Of a DNA stretch of 64,000 bases, positions 45,510 through 64,000 are shown piece after piece. Each line of letters starts with the position of its first letter. Within the stretch, counting starts at the first letter, position 1. A model generated the notes under the pieces. It worked only from the letters and a program-made list of their open reading frames with translations. It was not told where the DNA came from and ran no database searches. Source of the DNA: Chrysomallon squamiferum (taxonomy: Eukaryota; Animalia; Mollusca). The stretch spans positions 4,092,001 through 4,156,000 of the forward strand of contig CM022676.1 of the NCBI GenBank assembly GCA_012295275.1, in the 5' to 3' direction. A program made the position numbers and the translations under genes.

Positions 45510-47935
45510 TGAAAAAGAAAAAACCACGATGGAAACTCAAAAATAATAAAGCGCATATATGTATGGATTGATATATGGATGTATGTATGTGTCTGTATAA
45601 CAGTGTGTACAGAATACTTTGACTATAATGATTAAAAACTAAATAAATTTAGTTTACCGTTGTCTTGGGCTGGATTGTAATAAATGTCTTCTTCTTTTTG
45701 CTTTCTGAAATTATATATATATATATATATATACAGAAAATTAATTAATAACAGGAAAAATTAAAAAAAACAGATTTCTTTAATTACTCGCATATATATA
45801 AAAGTAATTGGAAATAAAATTAATAAACCATTATGATTATTATTATTATTATTTGTTTTAAATTAAATAATTCTAATATTAATACTAATATAATAGGCAA
45901 AATTAGTCTATATTAAGAGACATCGTTGATTAATTACTAAAGGCTAAAAATGTCTCACTTGCTATATATCATTAGTTTATCCAGAATTTAGCTCTACCAT
46001 CTCTGTAACATATCCACAAATTATATTTAAATTATCCTACGATATCTGTGATCTATCGCTGTTATACGATTTCTGATATTCATTAATTATCTGTGATACT
46101 ATGTAAGTATAATATTAGAACCAGTAGTAAAGTAATATGGCAGAGTAGTTGTAGTAGTAGTAGTAATAGTAATAGTAATAGTAATAGTAGTAGTAGTTCT
46201 TGTTATTGTTGTATCTATAGTATTAGCTGTAATAGTAGTAGATGATGATGATGATGATGATGATATATTTTACCATATGTAGAATATAAATAACCTTCCC
46301 TTGTGAAACCTTTATGTTATCTCTAACGGATAGCATTAAATGAATAGCATATCCCAGTGTATCCATATAGTATCCTTGACATATCCGTGGTTAATCCCAG
46401 TTATATCATTAGCTTAATGGAAATACAAATTAATTAACTTTTGTTTTCCTGTTCAATACAACTGCACTTTTTTTATCAGTAACAGAAAATTCAGAACAAT
46501 TTTAATTTTTGTTCACCTTTTACGTTTTCTGAACCAGAAAAACAAAAACAACGCGGCACCAACAAGTATAAATACGACGACAGCAAAACCAGTAGCAAAT
46601 CCTTCTCCAAAATGACTGTTATTTTTATCTGAAAATAAAATGAAATAAAATAAAATAAAAATATAATAAAATAAATTAAAATATGAATGAATTAGGCAAT
46701 TATTTACAAACGTTTTAAGTCAAGATTTTTTGTTGTGGGCACATGCGTGTGTATTTTCAGAGATTACAGTAATAATGTTTAAAAAAAAAAAGTACCTTAA
46801 AGAAGAACAGTAACTCTATTAATATAGCCACTATTGTGACTGCTGTTATTCTGCTCCTACTACTACTACTACTGCTACTGCTGTTACTACGACGACTACT
46901 ACGACTGCAGTTATTACTACTACTCTTTCTAATGTTACGGCTTAACTAGTATTACTCTACGACTACGAACACAAATTAGTGCTAAAAGAAATATCCAAAA
47001 GAAGAACAGTAACTCTATTAATATAGCCACTATTGCCATTGATGTTATGTTACTACTACTACTACTACTGCTGCTGCTGCTACTTCTACTACTGTTACTA
47101 CTACGACTGCTGTTACTACAAACTACTGTTCTACTACTACTACTACTATTCTTACTAATGATACGGCTTAACTAGTATTACTAGTACGACTACCAACACA
47201 AATTAGTGCTTTACCATTTTACTATTACCACAAACTACTGCTTTTGCTATACTATTACTACCATAACAGAAACAAAAAGTAAAAATACTACTACTACAAA
47301 TTATTTCCACCACGGCTTCCTCTACTGCTACTTCTACTACGACTAATCAAAAGTAAAAGAACCACCACTGTTTGGACGAATGAACGAAGGAAGGAAAGAC
47401 AAAGAATGAAAGAAGAAAAAAAAAACTTTTTTTTTAAATCAAGAAAGAATTTCATTGTAGAAAGAAGAAGAAAAAATAAAGAAATTAAAGAAAAAGAAAT
47501 GAAAGAAGAAGAAAAATGGAAGTAACTGTATTGAAATTTCGTGTTTTTTACTTTATAAAAATAAATATATATATTTATAAAAGCTTGTAAAACCTCTCAG
47601 ATCCTCTATATTAATTTTCACAGTCTGGTTGGATGTTTCCTTCGTATCTGGGTTTGTGGCCGTGCACGTGTAGAAACCATTTTGTGTTCTATTAATATCA
47701 GCCAACGAGAGAACACTGCTATTACTTATCACGTGACCTCTGACCTGCCATTCATAGACACATGTCAGGAAGCATTTCGCAAAACATATCAGCGTGACGT
47801 CACTTCCTTTCGCGACAGACATGACAGATTTGGTCAGAAGGGAAGTGAGATGAAGCGATTCACCAGGACCTCCTAAAAAAAAAAAAAAACATGTCATCAC
47901 ATTTATCCAAATTTGTTATTAATTTACTACTATTC

Positions 47936-47980
<45 letters not shown>

Positions 47981-48885
47981 TTACTACTGCTGCTGCTGCT
48001 GTTGCTGCGGCTGCTATTACTACTACTAAAACTACTACTGCTACTGCGGACTACTGCTGCTGCTACTACTACTGCTACTACTACTACTACTATCACTACT
48101 TCTACTACTATAATCTACTTACACTATGTTGTTGATGTCGATGATTATTAGTCATTATGAATATTAGTGTCATTAACATCATCATCGTCATGATCATCAA
48201 CATCATGTCGATAATCATCATCATCATCATCATTATGATTATTATTATTATTATTATTTAGAAAATACTAGTACTATTCAAGCCTCTTTGTGCAATACAA
48301 TATGCAGAGTGACTTCTATATTACTATTGTTATTATTGTTATTACAATTGTTATTGTTGTTAAATATATACGCATCGCATAACAATATGTACTATATACT
48401 TAAAGAAAAACAAAAAGAACGGTACGGTATTAACAAAATTAAAAAAAAAAAAAACATTTTTAAATATAAACGTTTTAAGAGTAGGTAATTGTTTTTTTTA
48501 ACGACATCTAATAGGTACGGTATTCAAATTATTAATAATAAAAATAATTTTACCTCTCACTTCCAGTCTTATTTCATTGCTGCGTGGTCCGAGTTCACCA
48601 CATCTCCACACTGTTCCATGTTGACTGAGTTTCACTGATTTTATTGTCAGAGTGTTTAGTTCATATGAACAGTTAAAAGTGTATTCTTCTGGATGTTTAT
48701 TAAGAAAATAACATGGACCGTATCCTCCTGCTACATGCAATCTGTATTCTGTGTTATTCTCAAACCAGCTAATTACAGAAAGAGTAAATCCGCGACAGGT
48801 AAAAGTAAAAGATGATCCAGCAACTGCGTATCTGTCTGATGTTGTTAAATTGTAATCCTGACCTTAAATTTAAAATAATAATAAT

Positions 48886-48918
<33 letters not shown>

Positions 48919-49600
48919 AATAATAATAATAATAATAATAACAATAATAATAAATAGATAAATTATTGAATTAATTAATTAATAATACTACTACTACTAC
49001 TAATAATAACAATACAGACACACACATATACACACGTACACGGACTCATGTACCAGCACACATAACATCTATGCTTAGATGATCTTTCTCTAAAACTAGC
49101 TGACAATTTCGCGTTTTCTTTTGTTTTAATCAGCTCCTATTCGTTTCTTATGAACAACCGCTTATGCATCGTTTTTATTTTTTTATGCAAATGACGTTTA
49201 GCGTTAAAGTCGAAAACTATTTGATCTGTGAACTAATAAAAAAAAACTTCACTATCTGACACCTTAGAAGTCGGCAGAAAGTTTTATAGCACAAGATTCG
49301 ACAGCTCAGAAAACATGCAGAGAAAAAAAACCTTTAATACTGTCACCATGGTAATAACGAAGATTAACGAAGAGGACAGACAGCAGTCTCTGTGAGCCAC
49401 TACACATAAATTATATCGCGACTATTCATCGAAGTTTTGCTACTTTCTGAGTCATAACCGTCATCCATGAATGACGTCGACTCCACCCAGCTTTCACAGT
49501 TGGTAACTGAAACGAGATTAACTGAAATATTAAAATACGTACCTTGTACGCACAATAAACATCCCAGTAAGACGAACACGCAGAATAACGTACAACTCAT
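45050..49600 (-). CDS. Ig-superfamily ITAM receptor B3 (~313 aa)
   Basis: Exons 49600-49543, 48862-48554, 47872-47594, 46628-46517, 45704-45658 and 45186-45050. Tail EDIYYNP..STYSSLGVQENVEPYDVI. Confidence 0.9.
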
Positions 49601-50433
49601 TTCCAGTATTTTAGTTTTCACTGTTGTTAATAAACAAAATATATATATAGTTTTAAAATTTTAGTATCTTTTCTTTACTACTTTCTTGTCTTCACTGCTA
49701 TTAATAAAAAAAATATATATATGCATTTTTTTTTTCTTCTTTGCAAAGTTTGAAAGATTTACTATCACTACCTGCTTGTATGAACACCCATACAATTGTT
49801 ATTCATTGAAGTATTACGATGAAAAAGCAGTGCATTTCTAGTCTGTCCGACTGGTAGGCCCAGTGACGACATTTTTTAACACACACACACGCACACACAC
49901 ACACACACACATAAAAACACACACACACAAACACACAAACAGACAGATATACAGATTACAAGCTGAACAAAACGCCAAAGAACGCCTAGTTCTGTTTGTA
50001 CAGATATAATAACCAAACTAGCAACACCACTCTATAAATATCACTGGATCCGTCTCTCGGACGACTTTGTCAAGTGTAATTCAACACGATTTGAAAGCAG
50101 CTGCATAAGAAAGATTATTTACACCGATAAAACTTTTTGTCCTACGATCGCATTTGCACCCGTGACATAACAAAGTGAAAGAGTGTACAAACTGTCGCGT
50201 ATTCTTCTGTGTTTCGACAAAGGACACAAGTTTTTTTTTATTTTTTTTTTTTTTTTTTTTATTTGGTTTTATTTATTATTTATTTTATTTTTTTTTTTTT
50301 TTTAATGAAAAGAAACTTTGAATGATATATGCAGAGTTAACTTCATGTGACTTGTCAGTTATTTTATGTCAGGTGTGATCCTGGTTGCTTTTCATGTGTT
50401 TGTGTATGGGGGGAAAGATATATATATATATAT

Positions 50434-50545
<112 letters not shown>

Positions 50546-52424
50546 TGTTAATGTACATTTCTATACATGCTTATGTTATTGCGTTTTTGTCTGTACGTAC
50601 GTTCGTATGTATGTACATCTGTATGTGTGTGTACATTTATATGTATATACTAATTTTGTTAAGCATATATATGTATGTATGTATCTATGTATGTATGTAT
50701 GTATCAATGTATAGATGTATGGACAATGTATCGGTGTATGTATACGTATGTATATACACGTATACATACATTTAGCAGTTATGTAACTTCCCTTTGTTAT
50801 GTCCCTTGTCTATTTCCTGTTCTAACTGTTTGCTCACAAATTCCTTTAACCTATTTTCTATCATTTCAATCATTGTTACACAAGCAACAATAAGCAGTCT
50901 TTCTTTTTCTTTTTTTTTTTTTTTATAATGATTCCTCTTCCTGATATACTTTTAAGTCTGGATAACATGTAAAATCAACTATTTACATCTGCTAGTACAG
51001 TTCTAGAAGTTTGAAAAGAGGGTAATGGAAAGAAAAAAACAATTAAACTCTTCAGGACAACAGAGATAAGTTTCCTAATTTATTGAAAGCCAATTTTAGT
51101 AATACATCTGTGTTCAGAGATGTTAAAGTGATTACATCAGTTAATTTGTAGTTTTCTCTACCCCAATTCTTCAGTTCCTTTTCTTTGTTATAAATGAACT
51201 GTGCAAAAAATACTGAAGACGTACAACAGTAATTCTACATCACAATGTCAGCCACAAGTCGATTTATTATAACGGAGAAACACACGTTTGAAGGGTGCAA
51301 GTGAAAATATTGTGTGTGGATTTTATTATTATTTATTTGTTTATTTATTTATTTTTCCGGTCAACAATGTAGCTATGCAGTATATTATGTATCATCCATT
51401 TTTGAAGATTATGATTTATTTTTTATTTTATATTTTTTTGATGCCGCTGTTTACAGTACACTGTAGCTGAAATTTTATTATTTAAATCATCAAGAGAATT
51501 TTTTGTTGGCAAAACACATTGTGTTTCAAAGCGGTGGTTACTGAGAAATAATAGAAATGTCATGACGTCAGAACCTTCCTGGCAATATTCCTCTTGTCAT
51601 CTGGCTATATTGCTTTGCCGTGTCATCCGTTGTCCTGGAAACGAAGTATCAACAAATGGAATTCCACAGGTTGAACAGTTCTTCACTTGAATTCCCATGT
51701 GTTCGTACATTTTAAATACTATTCAAGCCGTTAATATGAAAAACCAGTTCGTACGCACTCCTCAGACTTTTACAGAAATCGTCATAAAATCATCATACAG
51801 AATTAAACCCCACTCAATGCAGAGTGAGTGTAAAAAAATGAAGAACTCAAAAGTGTCACCAAAAATGATACGGGTTACCAGACACTAGAGCAGGTACTCT
51901 TGTTAGTAAAGAAAACTGTAAATATAGTTTTATTGTCATTGTCAGCCAGAAATTTCATTTTTCATGTCACCGATATACAGGAAGAAAAAAAAGTAAACAA
52001 AATTAAATAGAAAAATTGCGAATTTGAACGAAGTTTCATTTCTTGGATATCATCGCGGGAAACCATTACTCAGATTGATAAAACTATTTTCTTTTTTTAA
52101 TTTATGTTTTTATGTGTATCTATTTAATACTTAATTTTACCTGATAAATATGACGAGATTTTAACATAGTTGCATTCACAATTCACACAATGTTATGATC
52201 GGTAGAAATTCGCGACTGGAAACTCATTAAAATGTTCATAACTTTTGTCACAGACAGCTCTTTACAAAGTTCAAATCTGGTGTCACTCCAGAAACTGAAG
52301 TCTCTCTATTTTAATAAAAATATTTAACAAATTAATATTCTTCAAGTTTTCCTGAAAGTGCCTTAAGAAGTGAATGATTGACAAACAGTACTTGTTTCCT
52401 TGTTTATCATTCATGAACAGGATC

Positions 52425-58161
<5,737 letters not shown>

Positions 58162-58492
58162 TTCCAGTTTCGACGCCTTTTTTGTTTTACTGCTGTTAAT
58201 GTAAAAGCAGTTTTCGACGCCTTCTTGTGTACTTTATTCGTTTAACGTATCAGGTTTACTTCCTGCTTCATACACAATATGAACACAGGTGTCACTGGCT
58301 CTGCATGTTTATTAATAAACTAAATCCACTCGACTGAATCAGAAAAATACACAATGCAATATGTCACACAGCGTTGAATTTTGAATAGTTATTTCTGCTT
58401 AGAATTTTTTCTTCTTCGATTTTTTATTTTTTTCTTTTATTTTATTTCTTTTTTTATTTATTTATTTTTTTTTTTTTTTTTATTTTTTTTTT

Positions 58493-58527
<35 letters not shown>

Positions 58528-58669
58528 CCTATTTTTTTTTTATGTATATTGAAAATATAGTATATATGTTTTGTTGTATTTTACCTGAATAGGTGTCGTT
58601 ATTTCCATGTTTGAATATATACATGTAGTGAATATCTATATATGTGTGTGTTTGTGTATGTGTGCGTTT

Positions 58670-58701
<32 letters not shown>

Positions 58702-58985
58702 GTGTGTGTACATACATGAATGTACTTTGTGTAAATGTGTGTGTGTGTGTACATCTGCAGTGGTACACACACCAGCAGTATTATATAGGTTTTATTTGAT
58801 TTTTTAAGAGAAAAATATATATATATATATATAGTAGTTGGTGCAATGTATATACAACATTTATGAACGTAAATGGTATATGGGAAGCGTGTGTGTATAG
58901 ATTAAGAAAATTGTGCAAAGGACAGTTATCAATATTGTTTGTATGGATGATGTCCATTGAATTTAAAGCATGATATCATAAAACA

Positions 58986-59335
58986 CAGTGGTACCTTGTA
59001 TTCGACTTGGTTAGTGCCCGTAAATTCGATATGTGTATGAACCATACTGAAGAGTCAGCCGAAAAGGCTGTTAAACGTTAAAATAATTTGTCCGATCTCC
59101 AAGATAAATATTCTTTACAAAACCAATTAATTTCTTTCTGTTTATTTTTTTTTTTTTTTTTTTTATTATTATTATTTTTAAAAGTTACCAAAAATGGGGG
59201 GGGGAGTTCGGAGCTTGAGTGGATTAATTGTATTTCAGTTAATTTCAGTTGGTAAAAACTGATTTGATATACGGGAAAACTGACTTACGAGCTCTGCCAC
59301 GGAACGAATTAAACGCGTAAGTCAATGTACCACTG
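58986..59335. mobile_element. Possible non-autonomous Tc1/pogo-type MITE remnant
   Basis: Imperfect terminal inverted repeats CAGTGGTACCTTG ... CAATGTACCACTG, about 350 bp. Not evident in the homologous regions upstream of B1 and B2. Flanks are CA/TG rather than a clean TA duplication. Confidence 0.45.
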
Positions 59336-59704
59336 TGTGTGTGTGGTGTTTGTGTGTCTGTGTGTGTGTGTGTGTGTGTGTGTAGTGTGTTTCTCTTTTT
59401 ATAATCAGAAATTTTTTAATCAAAATTCTCGGGGGTGATAATTTATTGGCTGCAGAGATAAAGGGCGGCCATTTTGATTTGTGGCGTTAACCTAGATAAC
59501 ATAGATGTTTGTCAAGTTTTGTTTGTCATGTTTTGACATGGCTGACCCGTTTTACTCTGGTATGTTGTAACTCTACACTCTATTTAAAACCAACCGTGAA
59601 TGAAAGAAAACGCACAAAAGATATAACCCAAAACACAAATACTCTTTCTGTCAAGTTATTAAGTAGCATACTTTTTCTATTTTGTTCGGTTTTATACTGG
59701 AATA

Positions 59705-59754
<50 letters not shown>

Positions 59755-60808
59755 TCTGTGTGTTATTATTGTTGTTTTGTTATTATTATTATGTTCACTT
59801 TATTACATATTTTAATATTGTATTACATTACGTTATATTGCGTTACGTTATTCTGTGTAGTCTACTGTCATGTTATGATATATTATGTTATCCTGTCTTA
59901 TATTATGTTATGTTATTGTTTCATATTTCGGTCTTTGTTACATAAGCAACAATAAGCAATAAAATCAAACAGTACAGAGAGAGACATTTAACAGGAAACA
60001 TGCAGACGCAGAAACAATGTTTAAAAAAATATAATAATAAATAAATCCATTCCAAGCCGTGTATTACAATATAAAAAATATAAAAAAATCGATTCGTACG
60101 CCCGAACCCTCGTCCAACTTTTACAGAATCATCACATAGAATTATGCTTCACTCAATGTAAACAGACAATAAAAATATGAAAAACTCACAAGTATCACCA
60201 AAAAAGAGAACAGCTTGGACAGATATAGTTTACGAAGGTGTGGAAAAGAAACTCTTGATAGTATAAAAAATAAAAAACTTTAAATATAGTTTTATTCTGC
60301 CATTGTCAGCCAGGAATTACATTTCTCACGTTACTGTTATACAATAAAATAGAGACTTTCATGACGTCAAGGATCTTACATCTGAGCAAATATAAAAAAT
60401 TAAAAGATGAAAAATGTGCGAATGAGACCAGTGTTACCGAGATTGATCAAATCTTTCTTTTAATTAATGTACAGGGGTGTAAATATTTAAATTTTACGTC
60501 ATAAATCTCCCGAAATTTTCACATAGTTCGAGTCACATCTCAGACAATGTTATAGAATGATTAAAAATTCGCTATTAGCAACTCATTAAAGTATTTATAA
60601 CATTTCTCACAGGTAGCTATTTACACAGTTCAAATCTGGTGTCACTTTAGAAACTGAAGTCTTTGTATTTTAATTAAAAAAAAACTTTTAACAAATTAAT
60701 ATGCTACAAGTTTTCATAAAACAGTTTTAAGAAGTACATGATTAACAAATAGAACTTGTTTTCTTCTTTAACATTCATGACAACAATTTCGTTTATTTTC
60801 AAACTTTA

Positions 60809-61847
60809 TCACATCTCTGTATCTTGTTGTACAGCCGCTGGCGCAGTCTGATTATCTGAAACATGCAATGAAATTTTCCTTTCTATAAAAACTTGTGAGG
60901 TATGGAGAAAACAATAATCGTGCTAACGTGTGTGTATGTACACATATATAAACACACAAACACAATTTTAACATAAAATAACTATTTAGTTAAGGTGTAT
61001 ATGAAACATAAATGAAATTAGTATTTAGAATGTTTCTATTTTAAGGCTATCTCATCAAATCGAAAATCGAAAAATTCGAAAATTTCTAAACATTTCGGTT
61101 AAGGCTTTGTCAACTTATATATATATATATATATATATATACGATTTATAACCGGAAAAGAAACAACTATATCTATCTATCTATCTCTCTATCTTTATAT
61201 GAATGACATATTCCCATTCTCTATACATCATAACAGTAAGACAACCTTGTTGTTTTCTTTTGTGAAAGTGTCTGAATAAATGTATGATTAGCAAATAATA
61301 CTTATTTTGTTCTTTATCATTTATTAACATCAGTTCACTTACCATCAGGTATTAAGACGTCATATGCGAACTCATATCCTCTTTCTCCTAGAGAAGAATA
61401 TGAATTCTCTGAATCTTGAAGTTCTGCTGCTGCTACAGTCTGATTATCTGAAACATGGAATTAAATTATGTTTTGTTTTATTTAAAAATTGTAATGTGCG
61501 GAGAAAACAATAATCGTGGTAAGGTGCGTGTGCATATATATATATATATAAATACACAAACACATAGATACATACATACATATATAGATACATAAATATA
61601 CATCGATGTAAGACTGTGCATGTGGCTGTGTATACTATATTTTACAGCTATTTCAAAATCATTTACAAAGTGTCTCTCTTCAAAATCTAGAACAATTTTA
61701 ACATTTCAAACAAAGACCCTTCTAGACAAACACATTTATCAATCTACTTAAAACTATTTCGAACATATTTAGAATCTATTCTTTCTCAAAATCTGTAAAA
61801 CATCTAATACTTCGGAACAACAAAAGGAAAAGAAAATACATTCTTTG

Positions 61848-61885
<38 letters not shown>

Positions 61886-62964
61886 CTGTACCTTCTATTG
61901 AATTAATTCGTAAATGTATGTATGTATATATGTATTTTACACCTGTACCTTATATTCAATAAAACAAAAAAGTTTTTATCGTTGTTTTAATGTAAGCTAT
62001 GTGTGTGTGCATGTACATCTGTAATGTACGTATGTCTGTGTGTACCGATGTACGTATTAATTAATATATAATTGTAAGGATGGATCATTTGTCATTTAAA
62101 ACAATTTTAACATAAAATAACTATTTGTTAATTACATATGAATTATAAATGGAATTAATATTTTGAATGTTTCTATTTTAAGTCTATCTCATCAAATCGA
62201 AAACATAAAAGTTAAAAATTCTATTTCGTTAAGGTATTACATGTTATATATAAATCGAATTAATATTTAGAATCTATCTATCTTCTATCTATCTATATTT
62301 CTATCTATCTATCTATATATCTATCTATCTATCTCGAAAATCTATCTATCTATCATGTAAAATCTATCTTGTTTCTTTTTCGTGTGAAAATGTCTGAATA
62401 AACGTATGATTCAAACACATACTCGTTTTCTTCTTTATCATTTATTAACATCAGTTCACTTACCATCAGGTATTAAGACGTCATATGCGAACTCATATCC
62501 TCTTTCTCCTAGAGAAGAATATGAATTCTCTGAATCTTGAAGTTCTGCTGCTGCTACAGTTTGATTATCTGAAACATGGAATTAAATTATATTTTGTTTT
62601 ATTTAAAAGTTGTAATGTGCGGAGAAAACAATAAAGGTGCTAACTTGTGTGATATATATATATATACACACACACAAACACATAGATACATACATACAGA
62701 TATAGATACATAAATATACATCGATGTAAGATTGTGGATGTGACTGTTTATATTATATTTTACAGCTATTTCAAAATCATTTACAAAGTGTCTCTCTTCG
62801 AAATCTGAAAACATTTTGACATTCCAAACATAGAGACTTCGAGACAAACACGTTTATTAATCCACTTAAAACTATTTCGAACATATTTAGAATCTATTCT
62901 TTCTCAAAATCTGTTAAACATGTAACACTTGGAACAAAAAAACGAAGTGAAAATACATTCTTTG

Positions 62965-63053
<89 letters not shown>

Positions 63054-63461
63054 TGTATATATGTATGTATCTATGTATATATTTCTGTACCTTATAGTGA
63101 ATTAATTAACAAACACAAGTTTTTACACATATATTAATAAGACCAAAATATCATTGTTTACCTGTAAGCTATGTATGTGTGTGTATGTAAATCTGTAATG
63201 TACGTATATCTGTGTGTACCGATGTACGTATTAATTAATATATAATTGTAAGGATGGATCCTTTGTTATTTAAAACAATTTTAACATCAAATAACTATTT
63301 AGTTAAGCTGTGTATGAATTATAAATGGAATTCGTATTTTGAATGTTTCTACTTTAAGTCTATCTCATCAAATCGAAAATTCAAAAATTCCGAAAATTCC
63401 GAAATATTTCGTCTAAGGTATTGTCAACCTATATATATACGATTAATCACCGGAAAAGAAA

Positions 63462-63530
<69 letters not shown>

Positions 63531-63765
63531 GTCTATCTATCTATCTATCTATGTATCTATCTATCTTGTTTCTTTTTTCGTGAAAATGTCTGAATAAACG
63601 TATGATTACCAAACAATACTCGTTTTCTTCTTTATGATTTATTAACATCAGTTCACTTACCATCTGGTATTAAGACGTCATATGCGAACTCATATCCTCT
63701 TTCTCCTAGAGAAGAATATGAATTCGCTGAATCTTGAAGTTCTGCTGCTGCTACAGTTTGATTAT
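60809..63765 (-). CDS. 3' part of receptor B5 (starts beyond the window): at least 3 tandem ITAM exons plus a terminal exon
   Basis: Phase 1-1 105-nt exons 63765-63661, 62568-62464 and 61447-61343, each TTTCAG|..|GTAAGT and encoding [13 protein letters not shown][A/E][21 protein letters not shown]. Terminal exon 60855-60809 ([15 protein letters not shown]). The 3' flank 60.1-60.8 kb is homologous to the B4 3' flank 51.8-52.4 kb. Confidence 0.8.
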
Positions 63766-64000
63766 CTGAAACATGGAATTAAATTATATTTTGTTTTATT
63801 TAAAAGTTGTAATGTGCGGAGAAAACAATAAAGGTGCTAACTTGTGTGAATATATATATATACACACACACAAACACATAGATACATACATACAGATATA
63901 GATACATAAATATACATCGATGTAAGATTGTGGATGTGACTGTTTATATTATATTTTACAGCTATTTCAAAATCATTTACAAAGTGTCTCTCTTCGAAAT
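60860..64000. repeat. Tandem ~1.1-1.2 kb exon+intron repeat, continuing past the window edge
   Basis: Near-identical exon-bearing blocks at about 61343, 62464 and 63661 (periods 1121 and 1197 bp). Confidence 0.9.

Overview
Eukaryotic (animal) genomic DNA that is AT-rich, intron-containing and dense in microsatellites. It is most consistent with an invertebrate, possibly a mollusc, though this is inference. Most ORF-track entries are microsatellite artefacts. Hand-splicing at GT-AG sites shows that the window is an interleaved, segmentally duplicated cluster of two gene families. Family A has six copies (two partial, one frameshifted) of a GAREM/THEMIS-like adaptor: CABIT domain, Tyr motifs, PPxPPR and a C-terminal SAM. 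Family B has five copies (one probable pseudogene, one partial) of type-I Ig-superfamily receptors. Where visible they have a hypervariable N-terminal V-like domain, a YYN motif and a canonical ITAM (YSSL-x8-YDV[L/I]). One receptor entering from the right edge carries at least three tandem, in-frame 105-nt ITAM exons. The headline hypothesis is a co-duplicating invertebrate immune or allorecognition locus that links diversifying ITAM receptors to their putative CABIT-SAM adaptors. Domain calls come from recalled motif similarity, not from searches. A 200-N gap means the largest duplication could be two haplotypes.
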